DNA of 47,438 nucleotides from NCBI GenBank assembly GCA_049999805.1, contig JBNGIO010006099.1:87845-135282 (forward strand), in the 5' to 3' direction. This document shows positions 39,122-47,438 of this stretch, piece after piece. The stretch comes from Folioceros fuciformis (taxonomy: Eukaryota). Within the stretch, counting starts at the first letter, position 1, and the number at the start of each line of letters is the position of its first letter. Both the position numbers and the translations under genes were made by a program. Below the pieces are notes generated by a model. It saw only the letters and a list, made by a program, of their open reading frames with translations, did not search any database and was not told the DNA's origin.

Positions 39122-39780
39122 TCAAGGAGCGGAATCATCTTTCGCGCCTTCTGACGCATCAGGCTCATGCTCATCCTCGTCAACTACAGTCCCGTTAAGA
39201 GCAACAGGACTGCCAGCATGTGCCTCAAGCTTATCCTCCCCTCGATTGTCCAGGTCCTCACCAACCTCGGCTGTACCCTGAACGGACCCTGGTTCCTGTT
39301 GCTCGTCTGCCAACTCCAGATCCATAGCTTCTAGAATCTCCCGGTCAAGTTCATCCTTCAGACCACCATGCATAGGTCAAACAAGGATTGAGCAAAGAAA
39401 CTGGACCACCGACATAATTCTGCAATTTGCCGTACTCTCTGTTCTTGTCGTTCTTTCTGGAGCTTGCCAACAACTGCAGTGTACACCTTCTCTTCCACCT
39501 GCACAAGTAGATGAACCAACCCAGATTTCAGCAACGCGTTTCGAGCGGGACAGCTTGCAGCAGAATCCGGAAAGGTAGAGCTGGAACAATGACCTGAAGA
39601 TGATGGAGTTCTTCAGCCATCCTCTTCTTTATCGACGCCAGGCAGCCAGCTTCCACCTCCAGCAACCTGTCCAGACATCAGAACTCTACCCCAAAACCAA
39701 TGAAGGGAGCAAGACCAGCTAACATAAATCGCTCACCTAAGTAGCTGAGCTGAGCTCAATTTCTTGAAACGATTGTCCAT
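39122..39780 (-). CDS. Predicted 137-aa SNAPC5/SNAP19-like coiled-coil protein; exons 39780-39737, 39666-39594, 39498-39436, 39355-39122
   Basis: Three GT-AG introns (70, 95, 80 nt) join in frame to give MDNRFKKLSSAQLLRLLEVEAGCLASIKKRMAEELHHLQVEEKVYTAVVGKLQKERQEQRDELDREILEAMDL plus an acidic tail. The LxxLQVEE motif resembles SNAPC5. Confidence 0.72.
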
Positions 39781-40063
39781 GTCTGCGCTATCTACCGCAT
39801 CCGCTAAGCCACTTACACAAGACCAGCCAATGGCGGTATTCAGGTGGCCATCGTCTCAGGTTTCGAGGACAATAAAAGAGTTCAGAGTATCTAAGCTAGA
39901 ACGAATGTACCATTATGCTCATAAAAGACACTGGAGCTCTTGGGAAGCCTAGCAATCAGGAGAGCAAGGGGCAGCCGTACTGACAAGCCACGCAGACGGG
40001 TAGCGCATACTCCAGTGAACCCTCGCAAGCTTGCAGGTGTATGAAGAGCGTACCCAGATCAAA

Positions 40064-42885
40064 ATGGCCCGGAGACCATCAAATTGCCTGCCTTGTTTGT
40101 TAATCCAAGACCTGTGTTGTGCTCTGTCACTTATATCGGCTACAGTTTATTTCTGTTCTGGGGTCTTAGCAGAAGCAGAAGGCAGTGGGGTGAGTAGCTG
40201 TGGCTTATCCATGTTCGTTGTGGGAAATTTCGTGGTTGGTCAGTGATGCCAATTGTTGCCTTGTTTCCCTCCAGTTTTGTCCCCTAGTTCAAGACGTCGA
40301 ATGTGGACCACGGACTGGTTCCAAGCTTTTGATTAAGGGAGGCATCGTTGTGAATTCCGACCACCAGCGAGAAGCAGACGTTTTAGTTGAGGACGGGATT
40401 ATCGCTCGTGTTGCATCTGGGATTGAGGTACTCCGTTCTTCGGGAGTTCTGTCGAATTGCTACTGCACTGCAGCTACTGAAATGATAGAATGGTTTCATT
40501 GTACTGCGTCCAGGTTTCGGATGATGTTGAAGTTATTGACGCCACTGGCAAATATGTCATGCCAGGTAATATCCCAGACGACAGACTTAAACTCACTAGC
40601 TTCACGAATATATCGCCGGAGCCAGCTGTATGTGCTTCACATGAGAAACCGGAATACCGTAGCTTGACTGAATTTAATGATTTATCAGGTGGAATCGATC
40701 CTCATACTCACTTGGAGATGCCATTTATGGGCCAAGAAAGCTGTGATGACTTCTTCAGTGGGCAAGCAGCTGCTCTGGCTGGAGGCACCACCATGCATAT
40801 CGACTTTGCGATCCCCATCAATGGTAATCTGATCGCTGGTTATGATCGTTGGAAAAGGAAAGCAGCGAAGTCATGTATGGACTATGGCTTCCATATGGCT
40901 GTAACTACGTGGAGTGACAAGGTTGCTCAGGATATGGAGACTCTAGTTAAAGAGAAAGGTCAGTTATTGCTTAGGAGGACATCTTGTCCATGTCTGGTGT
41001 GTTCAGTCATGTGAATGATGGTGAAAGGTACCAACTCTTTGTGTCTACAGGGATAAACTCGTTCAAGTTTTTTCTTGCATACAAGGGATCCTTGATGGTC
41101 ACAGATGAGCAATTCTTGCACGGACTGAAAAAATGCAAAGATCTTGGAGCATTAGCTCAAGTGCATGCTGAGAACGGGGATGCTGTGGTAGAAGGTCAAG
41201 CGAGAATTTATGGGTTGGGAATAACAGGACCCGAAGGACATGCTTTGTCTCGACCTCCTATTGTAAGTTCTGCAGACGCTGGTCCTGCATTTGTCGCCAT
41301 TTTCTCTCTATGCTTTCCATTATAGCTGTGCTCATGGCTTCTCTGTCGCCTTGTAGCTTGAGGGGGAAGCAACAGGAAGGGCAATCAGACTGGCGAAATT
41401 CGTGAACACTCCTCTGTATGTTGTCCATGTGATGAGCATCGATGCCCTGGAAGAAATTGCTCGCGCACGTCAATGTGGTACATTTTGAATGTAACCATTT
41501 GTTGCCGTCTGTGTATATTTAAGTGTGTACGTGCCTCCTGACATCGCCACTTTTGATTGACTTTTTCCAGGACAAAGAGTAATTGGGGAGCCTATAGCCT
41601 CAGGTTTGGCGTTGGATGATTCTAAAATGTGGGATCCAGATTTTACAACTGCAGCCAAGTAAGCTCAACTTTCACAAGGCAGCGTAGTCGGCTATCCTTC
41701 ATTGCAAGCTTGCAATCATTGGAAACCTGGCTCTGACGTGATGAGAGATGCTCAGATTCGTGATGAGTCCTCCCATTCGTGAGGCCGGACACCATGAGGC
41801 CCTTCAAGATGCTCTGTCATCTGGAATTCTGCAGGTTGTTTCTTCACTACTGACTGCCACGCCACCGTCTATGAAACCGTAATTCAACTTTTGCAAGTAG
41901 AGAATGTGATGCTCACTCCATCCTGGATTTCAGCTGGTGGGAACAGATCATGCACCGTTCAACTCTACCCAGAAGGCTGCTGGAAAGCATGATTTCCGGC
42001 GCATTCCGAATGGGGTGAACGGTATGTGAGCTTGGCTTGCTGCTGCAAACATGCGGTATACCTGGCAGCTTACGTGCGGTCTGTGATTTGATTCTTGCTG
42101 CTTGCAGGCATTGAAGAGCGCATGCACATTGTCTGGGACGTGATGGTGGTTAGTACCTGGCGCCTAGCTGTAATGTTGGTGTCTTTTTGACCAGCTGTGA
42201 CAGGCTGGAAACAGGTTGCGTCGATTGACTTATTTGAGTGCCCTGATGTTCCCAGAATACAGGAAAAATCTCACCGTCGGACTTCGTCCGAGTAACAAGT
42301 ACTGCCTGGTGAGTGCCAGTTGTGCAGGTGTTGGGTCCTTAGATGTTACTGCGTCAAATTCTGACGTCTTCCTTGCTGTGGCATTGGTTTTATCAGTGCT
42401 CAGATTTTCAACATCTACCCAAGGAAAGGAGCAGTTCTGCCGGGGTCGGATGCTGATCTCATCGTCCTCAACCCCGACGCCACAACCACTATAAGTGCGA
42501 AGACTCATCACTCAAACCTAGACACAAACATTTACGAAGGCTGGACCACGAAGGTAACAGTCATCGGCGAAGGCCAAATCAGGAACTGTGTTAATCGGGT
42601 GCGCATCTTTGTTTGTCCACTTCTAGTCACCATTCTTGACACAGTGTGGCCTCACCTTTCCAGGGCAAGGTGGAGGTCACCATCAGCCGAGGGAAGGTTG
42701 TTTGGCAGCATGGGAAGCTGAGTGTCAATCGTGGCGCTGGAAGATACATCTCTATGTCACCATTTGGGCCCCTTTTTGACGGCCTCGACAAACTGGATGC
42801 TAGAATATTGGCCTCCATGAAAGCTCCTGTTCAAAGGCACTTCACCCCCAGTACTGAGGCCAGCACGAATGTGCTGGCCCAGTGA
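40064..42885 (+). CDS. PYD2: Dihydropyrimidinase, 13 exons
   Basis: [85 protein letters not shown] and IFNIYPRKG. All introns are GT-AG and in frame. Confidence 0.95.
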
Positions 42886-44560
42886 TGTCACAATATCCGC
42901 CCAACCTGCAACCTCACATCAGGTGATGGCAACATTTGTACAGGTAATAGAATTATCCAGCCTCAACCCACTCTCATCAGAGACATGGCAACCAACGGAA
43001 GAACCAGTCCGACCCAACCATATCCAGATCGGTGGCCTGCACTCATTGGCAACTGGTTATTCGGTCCTGGACTACTTCCCATGTAAAGAACAGGCTTGAC
43101 CACAGGAGTAACACGAAACGTGTCCGGACTGGGCCATGCCCTACACACACGGCACACCTTCTGAGGGTGCCACAAGGCAGCATCTGGATAGTGGCAACTG
43201 CTGCAACTTCCGTGAATGTACTCCCACCAGCTTTCGACCCTCTGACAGGCCGCAAGTGGTCCTGTCCTTCCTTATCGATACGGGGGATTCCAACTGGACG
43301 AAAGGCGGCCCTTCCCTTGGGCCGTGCAATACCTCACTGGTAGTTGCAGAGTCGTCCTTCGCCATCAAGCTGTGCGCATGTCCGGTAACCGCAATGGCCT
43401 TTAAAGAACTTCTGTAACTCCTTTCGTCGCCAGTGCTGGCTGCTTGGGCTGGAGACAGATCAGTCCCCAAGGCATCGTCATCACCAGGCCTCCCCACCAC
43501 AGCACATGCCGCTTGGCGTCTACAAGCCTAGATTCCCACATTGACGAGTACCTTCCTGATATGCAAGGCAAAATTCCACAACCCATCGGGTCTCGTTCTT
43601 GTTCTCTTTGTTTGAAGTAAACAAGTTACAAAGAATTCGGCTGTGTCAGACACATGTGACGCTCTCCGTGTCCTCGGTCAAAACTTTGTCTTCGCCTCAA
43701 CATAAATTGTGAGCTACTCTCCCAGGGTATGAAGATCAGTCCTCAAGGGCCGGGGGGAAGCTTCTCGTACTTTCTGCCGGAGTGTTTTCTACTAGTCCTG
43801 ATGCTCTTGAGCTCAGGGGCTGCTGTAATCTGCAATTGTATCAGCCAAGCTTTCCTTTAGAGAAAAGAACCAAAGAAAGGAAAACACTAGCACACACACC
43901 TGGAGTCAGCAGAAGCACATTCATCAAACTCAAGCATGTCAGTCATACAAGGATTGCTCATTCCACTTCTTGGGATTGGCAGCCAACATAAATATACAAA
44001 GGTGTTCCAAAGAATCAATGTTCTACCACGAACAGAGGAACTAAGCACCTCCCACTAGGTCTCCATAGTACTTAACATCGCCGAATGAAATACAGGCCGC
44101 AGGTGGCCTGGACTGAAGCAACCACCTGTGACTCAAAGTTTGTGTGGCGTCACTGCCGGAGGGGACGTGGTCACTTCCCTCCCCTAGTTTACTACTACAA
44201 CCAGCCAGCAGCTCATCTATCCCCCAGCGACCCGACTAAATGTCCCCTACTCTAACCTAAGCTCTCTGGAAAATTGCTGTAAAGCATATTAGGCAGCCTA
44301 GGAGTACTAAGGTTGGATTCTAGAATGTGCCAGCCAAGATGGCCTAGTTCCGAGTAGAAACTTGATCGGCCCCTCTGCACATGAATGCCCAGCAGAACCC
44401 ATGCAGCAAATGGTTTCTGCTATGCCCGTCGGCACGCAGGAAAGTAACCGAGAGGACGCAACTCAAGCCACTTCCATGCCTGCCTGAATCGCACTTCCTT
44501 TCAGAGATCAGAAGACCACTAGTGTCCGTCCACTTAAGTGAATACAGCATCCATCATGCT

Positions 44561-47438
44561 TCAACGGCCATCAGCTGAAGTAAAAGAGTCCACAAATCCC
44601 GTAGGCGGATTAGGAAGACTTGCCTCGGTGCGGTCCATATCACTCACTGACGAATCCTCATAAGCCTGCCATCTCTTGAGAGCCTGGGGTAGAGTCAGCT
44701 CCAAGTCGATACCTGCACTGTCCTCGGCGTCAAAACTTGTTGGCTTCCACCTCTCCACCAGAGGAGCCAAGACGTTCACCGCATGTCCCATGTCCGGACG
44801 CTGATAAGGCTCCCGAGCAGTGCAATGGCCTGCAAGTTCAGCCACAGTGGTAATGCTCTGGAACGTCTCCTCTGAAAGCTCGATGGAGATGTCACATGCC
44901 CGCTGGAGTGCCTCCTTGTTCATATTCATGCGCTTGAACCATGTCACAAGGTGCACATTTTCTTCCGATTGAGTCTCGTCCAGTGCCTTCCGACCCGTGA
45001 TAAGCTCCATTAGGATAACTCCGAAACTGAACACATCAGCCTTAGTGGTAACACGTCCAGTAACTGCAAGACGACGGAAGAGACACAAGCTCAGCAAGAC
45101 AAGATGCTGACACATCAAACAACTTTCCTAGTACGACATGAAACCAAGAACGACAAGAGCTGTTCGAATGACCCCGGCTTACCAGCATACTCGGGAGCTA
45201 AATATCCAAAGGTGCCGGCAAGCCTCGTCTCCACAGAATACTTCCCCTCGGGTGCCAGCTTCACCAGGCCGAAGTCGGAGACCTTAGCCCGCAGATCATC
45301 GCCCAGAAGAATGTTGGAGGGCTTTAAATCGCGGTGGATGAAGCTCTTGTGAGCAAGGCCATGCAGGTACTCAATGCCCCGAGCCACATCAAGGGCTATC
45401 ACCAGCCTCTGCTTCCAGGTCAGCGGCTTGCACTCATACCTGGCATACTCAAACAGATGTTGGCTCAGAGTGCCTTGGGGCATGTACTCGTAGACCAGCA
45501 ACTTCTCATTGCCTTCCACACAGTAACCCAACAACCCCACCAAATGCCTGTGCCGAACCTTGGTCAGCACCTGGATCTCAGCCTGGAACTCATCCATACC
45601 CTTGTTGGACACTGCTGCAGCCTCCATCCTCTTCACCGCGATCTTGGTACCATCCCCTAGCTCCCCCTTGTACACTACTCCAAACCCTCCCCTTCCGAGG
45701 ATGTTCTCGTCACTGAAGTTATTGGTAACCTCGCGCAGAATCTGCATGGAGATGATGAAGTTCCCCCCCTCCACCGGAATCGAGCTGGGTCCGCTGTGTG
45801 CTCTCCCATCCGACTCACTGGGACTCCCATTGCCAACCACGATCTTCACCACCTCATCCGACTCGCCATGAGGCTCGATTGAGTTGTTGGGGCTCTGCAC
45901 CCTCCAGGCCCCCACCCTCTTCCTCCGGTACACAAAGTAGGCACACAGCGCAATCAAAGCCAAAAGGGCCACCGCCCCAACGACAGAGCCCGCCACCAAG
46001 CCCACAGAAACCGACGACGACTTGGGAGACCCAGGCGAGGTCCCATTCCCGCTTGGCTGCGGAGTCCCCGGGGTGATGGAGGGCGGGGAGCCGGGCGAAG
46101 GAGGAGTCCCAGGAGGAGAGGGAGGCGGAGAGGGAGTTCCGGGGGGAGACCCGGAGTCGGAAATGAGAGGATTTCCAGATATGAGCAACACTCCGTCGGG
46201 GAAGCGAGGCACAGGTCCTGAGAAATTATTGTTGGACAGGTCCACCAGCTTGATGTTGGGAAGGGCGGCGAGAGAGGCAGGAACGGTCCCAAAGAAGTGG
46301 TTCCCAGATAGCTTCAACTGCGTGAGGCCCTGCAAATCCCCGAGGGAGGCGGACAGCGTCCCTGTGAGATTCTGGTTGACTAAAGAAATGCTGTTGACGA
46401 CCCCGGCGCTGCAAGACACGCCCAACCAGCCCGGTGATGTCGTGCACGGATCTGCCCCTCCCCAGCTACTCAGAAACGATGGAAAATTGACACCTGCGAG
46501 AAAGGCGAGGAGGGCCGTGGTCTGGGCACTGCAGTTCACTCCAGGTGCGGTGCTGCAGAAGTTGTTGCCATCATAGGTGACAGTGGTGCCAGGCAGCGAC
46601 GGGATCTGACCCACCAGCTTGTTGTTCTGCACGTTGAACACCTTGAGCTGCGAGAGGCCGGAGACGGAAGCCGGAATAGTGCCCACCAACTCGTTGTCGT
46701 TCAACTCCACATCCGTGAGCCCCAGCACGTTCCCGAGCTCCTCCGGGATGATCCCAGAAAACGAGTTCTGCTGGAGCCAAAGCGAGTTGAGCGCGGGAAT
46801 GCTGCCCACCACGGTGATGGGTCCCGTGAGCNNNNNNNNNNNNNNNNNNNNNNNNNNNNNNNNNNNNNNNNNNNNNNNNNNNNNNNNNNNNNNNNNNNNN
46901 NNNNNNNNNNNNNNNNNNNNNNNNNNNNNNNGACTAGAGAAGGTCTCCGGGATCCCGCCCGACAACCCGTTCCCCCCGAGGTTCAGCACGGAGAGCTGCC
47001 CGAACGTGCCGATGAAATCAGGGATGGAACCCACGACGTTGCACCTGGACATGGTCAAGTTTTGCAGCGCCGTGGCCTGCGCCAGCCCCGCCGGTATCCT
47101 CCACCCCGCCGTCCCGTTCAGCGCCGGATTGTTGTCCAGCGACAGCACTTGGGCCGCCACCAGCCCGTCGAAAAAGTCCGCCGGGATGGAGGTGAACCGG
47201 TTGTTGGCCAGGAAGAGCGTGGTGAGCGTCTTCACATTAGCGAAGGACGGCATGGCCCCGGTGAAATTGTTGTTCTGCGCGTCAAGCCGCGTGAATCCTG
47301 GCAACTGCGCTATCTTCCCGCTCAGCGTTCCCTCCAGCCCCGAGTCCTTGAGGAACATGGTGATCACGTCCCCGCTGCTGCTGCACTGCACCTTCTCCCA
47401 CCCGCTCCCGCACGGGTCCGCCAACGGCCACCCTATGC
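44561..47438 (-). CDS. TMK-family (LRR-IX) receptor-like kinase, 5'-partial; single intron 45064-45182; N gap in the LRR region
   Basis: Two LRR blocks separated by a Cys-containing non-LRR island, Pro-rich stalk, TM helix, kinase ([35 protein letters not shown]) and TMK-type terminus [12 protein letters not shown]. Confidence 0.94.

Noticed and set aside
42886..44560. Short ORFs between PYD2 and TMK
   Set aside because: No homology that I can recognise; consistent with convergent 3' UTRs and intergenic sequence.
46022..46576. Gly/Pro-rich 184-aa plus-strand ORF
   Set aside because: Antisense shadow of the GC-rich TMK Pro-rich stalk and LRR coding sequence.
46832..46931. Apparent 34-codon insertion in the TMK LRR region
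   Set aside because: It is a 100-N placeholder gap; the true length is unknown and frame preservation may be coincidental.

Overview
Gene-dense land-plant nuclear DNA. Short introns and a WW-type PLS-PPR suggest a hornwort, lycophyte or fern; hornwort is my best guess, by inference only. Positions 310-~9120 hold a nested pair of degenerate Ty1/copia LTR retrotransposons: a complete 5.56-kb element with both LTRs ending in non-canonical AA sits inside the gag of a 3'-truncated element. Seven recognisable genes follow: an alpha/beta-hydrolase (+), alanyl-tRNA synthetase (+, with a duplicated 3' end), the listerin E3 ligase LTN1 (-) head-to-head with the E2 UBC27 (+), a PLS-E PPR protein ending in a truncated WW-type PG box (-), dihydropyrimidinase PYD2 (+) and a TMK-type LRR receptor kinase (-, start probably beyond the window edge). 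Reading across splice sites and duplications revealed two elements the ORF track does not show. One is a 4-exon, 137-aa SNAPC5-like gene at 39122-39780 (-), just upstream of the PPR. The other is a broken RPA70-C-like zinc-ribbon/OB-fold relic at ~23890-24420 (-), possibly Helitron-derived. There are three N gaps (2319-2418, 23151-23160, 46832-46931). All family assignments come from motif recognition by eye; no database search was run, and no wholly new system is demonstrated.
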